From: a virus
Lineage: Duplodnaviria; Caudoviricetes
Length of the DNA stretch: 30,853 nt
Strand: one strand, 5' to 3'
IMG/VR virus record: IMGVR_UViG_3300036982_000162
Span: 1 to 30,853 of that record
The position numbers were made by a program, and so were the translations under genes. The notes under the pieces were generated by a model. That model ran no database searches and was not told the DNA's origin. It saw nothing but the letters and a program-made list of their open reading frames with translations. Numbering within the stretch: position 1 is the first letter of the stretch; every line of letters starts with the position of its first letter. Positions 1 to 9,325 of the stretch are shown piece after piece.

Positions 1-1
1 A

Positions 2-3000
2 ACTGACCCTGCGGAAATACAAAAGCACCTTGTTGACATTGAGACCGAGGGTGCTACTCTGCTGTCTAAAGATGGTCGGTTCCCCAAAAAGGGTACAACC
101 AAGCGCACGCGCTTAGATGAAATCGGCGTACTGAAACGAGACCTAACTGCAAAACTGCAGCCAGCGGTAGTTGAAGCCGAAGCCGAAGCCGAAGCCCCAG
201 TAGCCGAAGCCCCAGTAGTTGAAACCCCAGTAGCCGAAGCCCCAGTAGCCGAAGCCCCAGTAGCCGAAGCCCCAGTAGCCGAAGCCCCAGCGCCCATTGA
301 AGCTAAGACCGAGCCCAAGGCCGAAGCCAAGAAGGCCGATGACTGGGCAAGTTTTGTAGATGAGATAGAACAGGAAGTAGATCAAGAGATTGCTGAGCCT
401 GACGTAATAGTGGGCGAACCCCCCTTTGACCAAACACAACGCCAGCCGTGGAAAGTAGAAGCTGTAGGGGGTATTGGCGCAAAACTCAACGCTGAACTTG
501 CAGAGGAAAAACAAAAACGCCGTGGGTTTGCACAAACTGAAGCCGCTGCAAAGGCTAAGGAGAAACAGGAACGAGCTACCAAGGCAGAAACTGCAGAGGC
601 TGCAGAAGCAAAGCCCGATGAAGCTGCTAAAGCACGGGCTGGTGCTGTTGATGTTGTGGGGAGATCATTAGAGATTATTGGTGCGTTAGATCAAATAGGT
701 AACCCGCAGAACTACCCCAATATCAAAAACCCGCCTAGCTTTCCTGAGGGCACAAGGCTAAACGCAAGGAAATACTTAGCTGAAATTGCTCGGGCTAACA
801 ACGAAAACGAAGCCCCAGAAGGCAGCTTAGAACCAGCGTTCCTTTTCTTGGTAGACCTAGCTAGCAAACCCCGGTTCATGAGAACTGGCAGTAACAAGTC
901 GCTTCCGTCTATTGGCAAAGCAAAGGTTCAGGCAATAGTAGACCTAGTGGCTTCTCGGTGGGGTAATGCTCCTACTGTGGTGGTTGCAGACAACATCAAC
1001 GATGCAGTGGTGCCCGCTGAGCTACAAAAAGCCGACGCGGACGCTAAAGCTAAGGGGGCTACTGGTGTTCCCGCTGGTGTGTTCTACCAAGGCAAGGTCT
1101 ACATATTTGCCGATCAGATGAAGACGGCGGAGGAAACAGTGCGTACTCTGCTGCACGAATCCCTCGGGCACTATGGCTTGCGCGGTGTGTTCGGGAAAGA
1201 CCTGAAGCCGATTCTGCAGCTTGTGGCAAAAAACTTCAGGGGGGAGATGGACGCACTAGCCACAAAATACGGCCTTAACTTCCAAGAAGAAGCCGATGTC
1301 ATGGAGGCTGCGGAAGAAATTCTGACTAACCTAGCACAGTCAAAACCAACTGTGGGTGTAATGCAACGAGCAATTGCTGCAGTGCGTAGGTTCCTCCGCA
1401 AGATTGGCTTTGACGTAAAGCTGTCCAACAAAGACCTGATCGCTAACTACATCCTCCCCGCACGTGCGTTCGTTGAGAACCAGCGCATTGACCGCATCGT
1501 GGGCGGGGAACCGGGGTTTAGCCGTACCGAGGAAGGAGAGAACTTAACTCCAGAGCAATCCAAGGTGCTGGAGGATACTGTACGTACTCAGGAAGAGATT
1601 GACAAGGCTGTAGCTAAGGCGAAATTCAAGTTCGAGGAGTCTGCCAAGGCGCAGAAAGCAGCCAAGGGTGTGTCGGCTCTGCAGATGGCTACAGACCCCC
1701 GCAAAGTCATCCCGGCGATGCGGGACTTGTGGAAACGCGCTACGTCAATACAGCGCAGCCTACTCGTAAAAATTCCACCGACTAGCTTTTTGGTTGACTG
1801 GGCTGGCAGCGCTGTGCCTGAGCTTCAGAATACGTACAAGCTGATGCAACAAATGGGCGGCATGACTGAGCAACTGCTGAACACTGCGGGTGAACTGACT
1901 AACGAAGTACAGCGAGCATTCCAAGCAGACCCAACCCTACGAGGGAAGCTGGACGAACTAACGTCTGTGGCTACGCTGGCAGAAATAGACCCCGGAATGA
2001 TTGATACCGCTGAGCGCAGTGATGTACTGGACAAAGCGTGGAAAGACTTGGGGCCAGAAGGTCAGCGCGTGTACAAGCGTATTAGGGACCATTTCAATGT
2101 GTTGTCCAAATACCTGTCCAAGCTGCTAGACGATCAAGTCAACTCGTTGAGCATTGATGCGGAAGCCAAAGCCAACATCATGAAGAAGATCAGGGCTACT
2201 TTCGAGAAGGGTAGTCGAATCAACCCCTACTTCCCACTGGTGCGGGAAGGCGACTTCTGGTTGTCTATGGGTTCTGGCGAGACGCGCACGTTCTTTATGG
2301 CTGAGACGGCAGCGGAGCGAGATAGGGCGGCTCGGGAGTTTGCTGCAGAACGAATCAAACGTAAGAGTGGGGAGTCAGAGGCAGCGTTTGAGAAGCGTAT
2401 TGACGACAAGCTGGATGAACTTGAGAAAGACAGTGAGTTTGAGATGGGGGATGACATTACATCTCTGCGTACAAAGACGTACTCTCAAGGTGAGGGCAAA
2501 ATGCTCACTGGGGTGTTTGACGCAATTGACAGCACAAACTTCACCGACCCGGAAGCTGCGGGTGTTCTGAAAGACGCTATCTACCAGACATTTCTGGAGA
2601 CCATGCCTGATCAGATTTTCCGTAAGCAGTTCATTCACCGTAAGGGTGTTGCTGGTTTCCGGGTCGATGTGCTGCAGAACACGGCGCATCTATCTGCGCG
2701 TATGGCTACCCAACTTGCACGGATTAAATACTCCCCACTGCTCCGCAATTCGTTGTCGGCGGCAAAAGACTCCGTTCGGGGTCGCCGAGCATTCGAGCCA
2801 TACGTAGCTGAGATGGCTAAACGAGTAGACTCTTCTCTTGCGCCTAAAGCAAAATCTACAGCCGAAGCTGTGGCCGGTGGCCTCAACAAGGCGGCGTTCA
2901 TCTACTACCTTAGCGGTGCGTCCTCCGCATTGCTGCAGCCGCTGAGCGTTTTTCAGTTTGGCTTGCCGGTGTTGGCTCGGTATGGGGCGTTCAATGCTGT

Positions 3001-4516
3001 AAAAGAAGTGAGCAGTATGCTCAAAATATGGTCGCAAGTTGGTGTGTACAAAACCAATGCTGATGGGTCTGAGTCTTGGGTTGCCCCGTCGATACTTTAT
3101 TCCAAAGACCTAACCCCACTAGAACGCAAGGCGTACCGGGCAGCGGCAGAGCGAGGGCTATTTACCTCTACACAGACTTCCTCCGTGTTTGAGTACAAGG
3201 CTACGCCGACTGACAAATTGAAAGGCCCCAAAGAGAAGTTTGTTAGGGGTACTGTGGATGCTCTAGTGCTTGGTGGTCTGATGAACTCGTCAGAACGTAT
3301 TTCTAGGGAGATGCTGTGGAAGGCGTCGTTTAGGCTGAACATGAAAGAGCACGGTAATTATGAACGTGCTGTAAACCAGTCTGTTACGGATACCAACGAA
3401 GCCTTATTTGACTACGGGGAGAGCAATCGCCCTGCGTTTATGCGGGGGGCGGTGGGCAAGGTGGTAACCCAGTTCACGATGTTCCCCCTGAATGTAACGA
3501 TGTTCTTGGTTAAGAATTTTAAGGAGATGATCAAGCCTATGGATGGCCGGTCTCGCGCAGAGGCTAGCTACAAGTTCTTTGGCACTATGGGTACTACATA
3601 TATTCTGGCTGGCGCTGTTGGCTTGCCTATGTTCAGCACTGTCATGGGGCTCCTTGGTGCAGCGTGGGAAGAGTTGAAGGATGACGATTGGGATGAGGAC
3701 ATGCGGGCTTTGGGCTTTGAGGCGTGGTTCACAACCAAGTGGCTACACGACCAATTAGGGGAAAACAAAATAGGTGGTGTCTCGCTGTCAGACTTGCTGC
3801 TGCGCGGCCCTGTTAATGCTTTTACTGGAGTAGACATAGCTGGTCGCACCGGTATTGACCTAAAAAACCTTTGGACTCGGGATACCAAAGAGCAAAAAAC
3901 CATACGTGAGAGTGCTACAGCTTTTGCACTGGAGAAAGCTGGCCCTGCGGCAAACATGATCTTGTCTGTAGCTGATGGTGTTGACGCCGCTATGCAGGGG
4001 GACTACGCTAAGGCAGTCAAGAAATGGGCACCTGCTGGCTTCCGAAACTTTTTTAATGCACATGAGCTTGCTACAGAAGGTGCAAAGGATAACAAGGGCG
4101 CACAGATAATGACCAAGGATGCGTTTAGCCTAGGTGCTTTAATAGCACAGGCAATAGGCTTCCGGTCTGACCTCCTTGCAAACACGCAGTACACGGCGTT
4201 CAAAGTAATCGGGGCTCAACAAAAAATATTTAATGAGCAGACCAAACTCCTTGAGAACCTAGATAGGGAGTTCCGAAACAATAACGCTGCTGGGTACAGT
4301 AAGCAGTTTAACAAGATAGCCGACTTCAACAGGCGCTACCCTAGCTTTGCAATGGACATGGATCAGATTGGCGACTCGCTTGAGAAACGTATGGAGCGCC
4401 GTGGCACTGCGTACATGGGGGTTGTGCCGACTGAGAAGAACCTAATACTGCTGGATGCGTTGAGGCATTCAGGTAGACGAGTGGCGGAAGCTGAACGCAA
4501 AGGCAGAGAGCAATAA
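2..4516 (+). CDS. Large polyvalent / virion ejection (internal core)-type protein, 5'-truncated, with zincin-like metallopeptidase motif and PLxRFG-like region
   Basis: Frame of ORF 410..4516 is open back to base 2 (TDPAEIQKH...), so the gene starts upstream of the window (>1500 aa). Motifs LLHESLGHYGLR (HExxxH) and PYFPLVREGDF; long helical C-terminal region; last + strand gene before convergence with the replication module. Confidence 0.75.
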   Translation, partial: TDPAEIQKHLVDIETEGATLLSKDGRFPKKGTTKRTRLDEIGVLKRDLTAKLQPAVVEAEAEAEAPVAEAPVVETPVAEAPVAEAPVAEAPVAEAPAPIEAKTEPKAEAKKADDWASFVDEIEQEVDQEIAEPDVIVGEPPFDQTQRQPWKVEAVGGIGAKLNAELAEEKQKRRGFAQTEAAAKAKEKQERATKAETAEAAEAKPDEAAKARAGAVDVVGRSLEIIGALDQIGNPQNYPNIKNPPSFPEGTRLNARKYLAEIARANNENEAPEGSLEPAFLFLVDLASKPRFMRTGSNKSLPSIGKAKVQAIVDLVASRWGNAPTVVVADNINDAVVPAELQKADADAKAKGATGVPAGVFYQGKVYIFADQMKTAEETVRTLLHESLGHYGLRGVFGKDLKPILQLVAKNFRGEMDALATKYGLNFQEEADVMEAAEEILTNLAQSKPTVGVMQRAIAAVRRFLRKIGFDVKLSNKDLIANYILPARAFVENQRIDRIVGGEPGFSRTEEGENLTPEQSKVLEDTVRTQEEIDKAVAKAKFKFEESAKAQKAAKGVSALQMATDPRKVIPAMRDLWKRATSIQRSLLVKIPPTSFLVDWAGSAVPELQNTYKLMQQMGGMTEQLLNTAGELTNEVQRAFQADPTLRGKLDELTSVATLAEIDPGMIDTAERSDVLDKAWKDLGPEGQRVYKRIRDHFNVLSKYLSKLLDDQVNSLSIDAEAKANIMKKIRATFEKGSRINPYFPLVREGDFWLSMGSGETRTFFMAETAAERDRAAREFAAERIKRKSGESEAAFEKRIDDKLDELEKDSEFEMGDDITSLRTKTYSQGEGKMLTGVFDAIDSTNFTDPEAAGVLKDAIYQTFLETMPDQIFRKQFIHRKGVAGFRVDVLQNTAHLSARMATQLARIKYSPLLRNSLSAAKDSVRGRRAFEPYVAEMAKRVDSSLAPKAKSTAEAVAGGLNKAAFIYYLSGASSALLQPLSVFQFGLPVLARYGAFNAVKEVSSMLKIWSQVGVYKTNADGSESWVAPSILYSKDLTPLERKAYRAAAERGLFTSTQTSSVFEYKATPTDKLKGPKEKFVRGTVDALVLGGLMNSSERISREMLWKASFRLNMKEHGNYERAVNQSVTDTNEALFDYGESNRPAFMRGAVGKVVTQFTMFPLNVTMFLVKNFKEMIKPMDGRSRAEASYKFFGTMGTTYILAGAVGLPMFSTVMGLLGAAWEELKDDDWDEDMRALGFEAWFTTKWLHDQLGENKIGGVSLSDLLLRGPVNAFTGVDIAGRTGIDLKNLWTRDTKEQKTIRESATAFALEKAGPAANMILSVADGVDAAMQGDYAKAVKKWAPAGFRNFFNAHELATEGAKDNKGAQIMTKDAFSLGALIAQAIGFRSDLLANTQYTAFKVIGAQQKIFNEQTKLLENLDREFRNNNAAGYSKQFNKIADFNRRYPSFAMDMDQIGDSLEKRMERRGTAYMGVVPTEKNLILLDALRHSGRRVAEAERKGREQ
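173..292 (+). repeat. In-frame tandem repeat: (GAAGCC)n then 7 x 15-bp GCCGAAGCCCCAGTA, encoding (AEAPV)n linker
   Basis: Units at 188-202, 203-217, 218-232 (variant), 233-247, 248-262, 263-277, 278-292 (variant). Confidence 0.95.
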
Positions 4517-4540
4517 AAAACCCCCGGTGAAGACCGGGGG
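4513..4540 (-). terminator. Intrinsic terminator ending the minus-strand replication operon
   Basis: CCCCCGGT-cttc-ACCGGGGG hairpin followed by TTTTTTAT on the minus strand. Confidence 0.85.
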
Positions 4541-4583
4541 TAAGACGGGGTTGCCGTCAAGGAGAGGCACTAGCAAAGAAGGT

Positions 4584-4612
4584 AGTGTACATCAAACTCT
4601 CCAGATGCGCAA
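4584..4612 (-). promoter_or_regulatory. Possible sigma70-like promoter for a short non-coding transcript
   Basis: TTGCGC (4612-4607) - 17 bp - TACACT (4589-4584), about 45 nt upstream of the terminator hairpin with no ORF between. Confidence 0.4.
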
Positions 4613-4786
4613 CCCTTTTATGCCGTCTTCGATCACAACTTTTGTCACGACATCCATCTTCAGTCGTTCAGCTACAGCCAACACAGATTTCTTGGCTGCG
4701 CGGTGGTCAATGCAGGGCACAAAGAACGAGTACCCTTTATGGAACTTTGACCACTTAATTTGATACGAGACTGTCTCGATCTTCAT
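4592..4786 (-). CDS. Small conserved phage protein (64 aa)
   Basis: Overlaps the end of the primase gene; W..F..G.SFFVPC and GLRIWRV motifs typical of small phage proteins following primase-helicases. Confidence 0.7.
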   Translation of the reverse strand: MKIETVSYQIKWSKFHKGYSFFVPCIDHRAAKKSVLAVAERLKMDVVTKVVIEDGIKGLRIWRV

Positions 4787-7601
4787 TTGCCAGCAATACG
4801 TCTACTTGAAGAAACTCAGATTTAGATGTATTAAATTTGAGCACGCGCACTGCGGGAGAATCAACCTTCATGCCTTTAGCCATACGCTTGTTTGTGGCTT
4901 CCATGAACACCATGCTCTCAGCCAACTTAGTTAGCAGGCCCTTGTAGTTCACCTGCCGCTCTACGCAGAAGTCCTTAAACTTCTTGGCAGAAATGTACAG
5001 GTGCTTGGTGTCCGGCTCAAAGCGTACTAGCAACTCCCCCCGTGGCTCTAAAGATGGCATAGAGACTAAGTTGCTTCGGGCGTCTACTTCTCCGTTGACC
5101 ACCAGCGTATTGAGGATGTGCGCGTTGATAAACTCGCCAAGTGCAGATGCTGGGTTGGACACCGGGGGCTTAACATCGTGGCGCATCTCAGACAACATGC
5201 CCTTGAGCCATGCGTACACAGCGGCCATATCGTAGTCGTGCAGACCAAGGTTTCTTGCGATCAAACCACCAGCAATGTTGCACGCTGCCTGCGCCGACCA
5301 AAAACGCTCTCGGCTAGTGAACTGCACCTCCTTGTCGATGCGGGCCTGAACCTTCTTGACTAGCTCCTTGGCCTCCTCCAAGTTGTTGACCAGCCAGCTT
5401 ATGTATATCTCACCTGCATGGCCGTAGTTCTCATTGAGTTGGTGGTCAAACATCTCCTTACCCACAGCCACACCAATGACGTTGTTGGGCTCGATCTTGT
5501 ACTCCATCAAGCGCACGGACTCACCATCAGGCGTGTTCTTGAGCATCGACAGCTTCTCGTGAAAGCTGGCGTTGGCCGACGCTAGTGTCATGTTTTTCCA
5601 TGAGGTGTTGTTGAGGCGCAGTGCGTTGGTTGAGCCCGTCATACGGTTCTTACCTCGGCCATGACTGATGCCGTACGCCAAGTCCGAAAAGTCTATGGGG
5701 CGCATGTTGGTAATCTCGTCGATGGTGTTGGGTAGGTTGTTCATCACCCCTAGCTGCTGCATCTTTGCGTTGAGCGTGTCCTTCTCAATCGCCATCAACT
5801 CCTTGGGTTGGCCGTACACGCTATTGCACATACGCAAGATGGTGGACTTACCAGAGCCAGCCTCTTCGTAGATCACGTTGATGATTGCCCCATCCAAACC
5901 AGTGAACGGCATGAGTGGTGAGCCAAATGCTGTGAGTGCTGCAAACGCATGGGGCTCCATACCGGGCCGAGCGTATAGATTGAACACTTCTTTCCACTTG
6001 TCGAAGGTGCCCTTAGGGTGAATTTTCTCCGCAAAGAATTCTGTAGCTGTTGTCGGCGGGCTGTAGAACACCCCGTCCTTAGTGATCTCTCGGTCACCCA
6101 TGATGAACTTGCTGTCACCCTCTACCCATCCGAATTGTGTTCTCATAATGTCTGCTTTCTTTGAATACTGTAGGTTCTTGATGAACGTGACCACGTACAC
6201 GGCCAAGTGTTCATACTGCTTGTGGTGTGCCACTACACCTTGTTGGGCTAGTGCCTTGCGCAACTCATCCTTGGACGATATAGCTGCTGTCGATATCGCA
6301 AACTCTCTAACGCCGTCATGAGGTAGGTGCAGGCGAAACAAAATGACTTCTCCTACTCCGGGGTCTCTCATGCGCTTCACTACGTACAAGTCGTGCTCAT
6401 ATACTAGGGTCGGCTCTTCCTCATCATCTGTTGACTTCCTGTAGACACCACCGTTCTTGCCCCGAAAAAATGGGAATGGGTACTCAGGTATGGTTACAGT
6501 CTCCGCCCCCTCCTCGGTCTCTACGATCACTTCGTTGTCGGCGTCATTAGCCTCCTCTATCTCAACACCGAGCACGATGGGGGACTTGATCTTTCCCTTA
6601 TGCTGACAGTCGGTGCACCCTGCTGGGTTCAGCTTCTCAAATGTTGTGCAATGGTGTGGACCTCCGTGCTTCACGATCTGATACACCTTGCGCTCTACCT
6701 CGTCCGGGTCATAGCCCGGGTGGTTACTCGATAGCTTGTGTGCCGCCTTGTCCTTGTCAATGCAAAATGCGGCGATGGATAACGCCGACCTCCACAACGG
6801 TTCGTCTATATCTGCTTGGTTCTCAAAGCAGTGCAGTAGCTGGTTACAGCCCGTGCCGTTCGCCGACTTCATCATGATGGTCTTGAACCGCTTGATCTTG
6901 TTGCCCATCAGAGCTTCCATCATGGGGCTCATAGCACGGGGTATGAAGTCAGGCCGTTCTTCCTTGGGTTCTGCTGCCCCTAGTATCTTTTTCAGTTGTG
7001 CGTACTCTATACGCGCACTGCGTTCGTTGATCACCTCTACAAGTTTCGGCTCGGTCTGCTTGAAGTTGAACGTGCCGGGTATGCGCAATATGCGCGATGC
7101 TTCAAACACCGATGGGTCCACGATAAAACTCTGCTCTACGCAAAGCTCTCGGAGTCGCTCGGCGAGTGGTTCCCATTCTGCACGGGAGACCGTCTCTTTA
7201 AGTAGCCAGTAGGCGTGAATCCCATAACCGGAACTCACTAGGATAGGTCGAGGTAGACCAACGGTTACGCAGAACTTTTGAAACTCGCTAAGCCCTGTTG
7301 CTTGGTCGATGTAACCCTTGATAACGCCCTTCTCATCTGGTGCTGCCTTTGCGGGGCCGCAGTCGATATCCATCCATAGTGCGCGGAAGTACGTAGCGTT
7401 GGCGTGCGTGCGGTTGTTCAGGGGGCCGTATTTGGCGCAACCAAAATACGCATCTGCGCCCTTAGCTACAAACTGCTTGGCTATGGTATCAAGTTCTTCT
7501 CTAGTATCTACAAACTTCTGGTCTGGGTACCGCCCAATCCCCATCACACAATAACGCCCTTCCGTGGGCAGTACTGCCCCGAGTAGGTCAAAGTCGGACA
7601 T
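4755..7601 (-). CDS. Primase-helicase: N-terminal AEP/RepB-like primase, Cys-rich domain, DUF927-type helicase
   Basis: WMDID, SSGYGIHAYW, RILRIPGTFN primase motifs; Walker A EAGSGKST and Walker B TIDE. Start moved to ATG 7601 (MSDFDLL) to avoid overlapping the HTH gene. Confidence 0.85.
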   Translation of the reverse strand: MSDFDLLGAVLPTEGRYCVMGIGRYPDQKFVDTREELDTIAKQFVAKGADAYFGCAKYGPLNNRTHANATYFRALWMDIDCGPAKAAPDEKGVIKGYIDQATGLSEFQKFCVTVGLPRPILVSSGYGIHAYWLLKETVSRAEWEPLAERLRELCVEQSFIVDPSVFEASRILRIPGTFNFKQTEPKLVEVINERSARIEYAQLKKILGAAEPKEERPDFIPRAMSPMMEALMGNKIKRFKTIMMKSANGTGCNQLLHCFENQADIDEPLWRSALSIAAFCIDKDKAAHKLSSNHPGYDPDEVERKVYQIVKHGGPHHCTTFEKLNPAGCTDCQHKGKIKSPIVLGVEIEEANDADNEVIVETEEGAETVTIPEYPFPFFRGKNGGVYRKSTDDEEEPTLVYEHDLYVVKRMRDPGVGEVILFRLHLPHDGVREFAISTAAISSKDELRKALAQQGVVAHHKQYEHLAVYVVTFIKNLQYSKKADIMRTQFGWVEGDSKFIMGDREITKDGVFYSPPTTATEFFAEKIHPKGTFDKWKEVFNLYARPGMEPHAFAALTAFGSPLMPFTGLDGAIINVIYEEAGSGKSTILRMCNSVYGQPKELMAIEKDTLNAKMQQLGVMNNLPNTIDEITNMRPIDFSDLAYGISHGRGKNRMTGSTNALRLNNTSWKNMTLASANASFHEKLSMLKNTPDGESVRLMEYKIEPNNVIGVAVGKEMFDHQLNENYGHAGEIYISWLVNNLEEAKELVKKVQARIDKEVQFTSRERFWSAQAACNIAGGLIARNLGLHDYDMAAVYAWLKGMLSEMRHDVKPPVSNPASALGEFINAHILNTLVVNGEVDARSNLVSMPSLEPRGELLVRFEPDTKHLYISAKKFKDFCVERQVNYKGLLTKLAESMVFMEATNKRMAKGMKVDSPAVRVLKFNTSKSEFLQVDVLLANEDRDSLVSN

Positions 7602-7611
7602 GGTTGTCGTG

Positions 7612-7851
7612 CTACTTGCGGTTTCTGAGTGCGTGCAGGTACTTGTTGATCTTGTCAGTGTGACCAGCACTAGGAGTCACTGACCCCCAGAACCAGTTGT
7701 AGACGGTGGCCCGACTTACGCCAAGCCTGTCCGCTACGTCTTTGACAGATATTCCAAGTGCAATGCAACGGCTACCCAGATACACGCCGAGCGAGCTATT
7801 GTCTGCATTGGTGTTTGCATCAACTAGCCGCTGGCTGTATCCGTAGCTCAT
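7612..7851 (-). CDS. XRE/Cro-like helix-turn-helix protein
   Basis: ISVKDVADRLGVSRATVYNWFWG is a canonical HTH. Confidence 0.85.
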   Translation of the reverse strand: MSYGYSQRLVDANTNADNSSLGVYLGSRCIALGISVKDVADRLGVSRATVYNWFWGSVTPSAGHTDKINKYLHALRNRK

Positions 7852-7854
7852 AGA

Positions 7855-8814
7855 TTACTCCTCGTCGCTCCATGCGGCGAGCACAGAACCTAAGTCACGC
7901 TTGACCGTAGGCGCGGGGGGCTCAACCTTTTTGCTTTCTCGTTTGGTGGGCTCGGCAATTTCCTCGGTTTCAGCAACACGCTCCCGACCTTTGCTAGCAG
8001 CGTACGCCAACTCACTATCTGCTGCGGGGCTAGTTCCGGTCACTTTGTCTTGCACCGTCTTTGGTGCTCCCAATTTAGCAACCCCATCTGTCTGCGCTTG
8101 GAATGGAGTCATGGTCACCATCTTCTGCACCTCGGGGGTATTGCCTACCTTGGTAATCACATCGTATTGGCTGCGTTTGATGTGCTCCACAGCAGAAAAC
8201 AGGATCGACTGGTTGTCGTTGTCTTCGTTGAAGCTCAGCTTGGTGATGTACCAATCAAGGCTCTTGCCGTTGTTGCCCAGATACTTGACGTAGCCCTCAA
8301 ACATATGGGCAGTGGGAGTTGGGCTGTTACCAAACAAAGACTTGGATGCCAAGTTCATCTGATAAACCTCACCCTCAAGCGCAGTGCCAAAATCGTCTTC
8401 CAGCAGCACGGCGATGCGGCGGGAGTAGCGGCAAGACTTCGAGTTACCCATACCTGAGCCCTTGATGTTCTGAGGGCATGAGTCGCAGCGTTCAGCTTGT
8501 TTGTTCTCAGACCCAGCGTCGGGGACGTTGCCATCGTTGGAGAAGCAATCGGGGGGTGTCGGCTTAGCATCGGGAGTCCACTGCGCTGCATAGAAGATGC
8601 GCCCGACCTTAGGGGATGAGTTGACAATGACGACATTCAAGTCACCCTTGACTCTGCCCATTTCTTTGCCGCCGATCTCCTTACGGAAGATGCCGTTCTT
8701 AGGCACGATACGCTTCGTGCCCGTGTTGCCCATGAGGGACTTGGTGAGTTCGCTGACCCCGCTAGCACGCAGGAAGTCGGGGAGGTCTTGGTCTATAACT
8801 GTAATATTGCTCAT
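7855..8814 (-). CDS. Putative phage single-stranded DNA-binding protein
   Basis: 319 aa between helicase and primase genes; beta-rich core with Cys cluster (DCFS, CDSCPQN, CRYSRR), flexible tail ending in acidic/aromatic AAWSDEE. Function inferred. Confidence 0.5.
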   Translation of the reverse strand: MSNITVIDQDLPDFLRASGVSELTKSLMGNTGTKRIVPKNGIFRKEIGGKEMGRVKGDLNVVIVNSSPKVGRIFYAAQWTPDAKPTPPDCFSNDGNVPDAGSENKQAERCDSCPQNIKGSGMGNSKSCRYSRRIAVLLEDDFGTALEGEVYQMNLASKSLFGNSPTPTAHMFEGYVKYLGNNGKSLDWYITKLSFNEDNDNQSILFSAVEHIKRSQYDVITKVGNTPEVQKMVTMTPFQAQTDGVAKLGAPKTVQDKVTGTSPAADSELAYAASKGRERVAETEEIAEPTKRESKKVEPPAPTVKRDLGSVLAAWSDEE

Positions 8815-8823
8815 TTGATTCTT

Positions 8824-9246
8824 TCAGGTTTTGTTTCTTCGAACTACCACGGTGTACTCACTCTCGACATTCAGGCCCATAGGCAGAAGGTCAGGATTCT
8901 CAACAAGAAACTCCTTCATGTTTGTCTGATGAAGTCGTTTCTCTAACAGGCCAAATGCACCTTGCTCTTTGATGAAGGTGTACATCGAATCCCAATCGTT
9001 CGTCCAGTACCGTGACTTGACCGAGCGAATGATTGTGCCGTGTGGGGTCTTGATGCTGCTTGCGTTCAGGTCTTTGCACGCATCAAGCATGTTGGTTTCT
9101 AACAGGTCCATCTGCTCTTGTAGAACTGAGTCCTGCATAGTGAACTCCGCTTTAAGCGTAGTCCGGGCGTCACGAATCTTGATGTAGACGCCAGCCAACA
9201 AGTCTAAATTTGGGGAACTCTTATCCTCTGAATTTTCTTCAGTCAT
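8824..9246 (-). CDS. Conserved phage protein (coiled-coil N-terminus), function uncertain
   Basis: 140-aa ORF with RBS AGGAG; first gene after promoter at 9298-9325. Confidence 0.7.
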   Translation of the reverse strand: MTEENSEDKSSPNLDLLAGVYIKIRDARTTLKAEFTMQDSVLQEQMDLLETNMLDACKDLNASSIKTPHGTIIRSVKSRYWTNDWDSMYTFIKEQGAFGLLEKRLHQTNMKEFLVENPDLLPMGLNVESEYTVVVRRNKT

Positions 9247-9297
9247 CTAACACTCCTAATGGTTGGTGGGGGTGTAGGCTACCTGCCTACGGAACTG

Positions 9298-9325
9298 ACT
9301 ATATCACAAGATTGTACATTGTCAA
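9298..9325 (-). promoter_or_regulatory. Sigma70-like promoter (middle/replication genes)
   Basis: TTGACA (9325-9320) - 16 bp - TATAGT (9303-9298) with TGn extension; GTAGGC/GCCTAC hairpin in the leader. Confidence 0.7.

Noticed and set aside
410-412. GTG 410 as start of the large protein
   Set aside because: The frame is open to the window edge with no stop; the true start is upstream.
143-535. Minus-strand ORF with striking (GFGYW)n repeats
   Set aside because: Antisense shadow of the AEAPV repeat in the continuous plus-strand gene.
4527-4763. Plus-strand 78-aa ORF
   Set aside because: Starts inside a terminator hairpin and is antisense to a better-supported gene.
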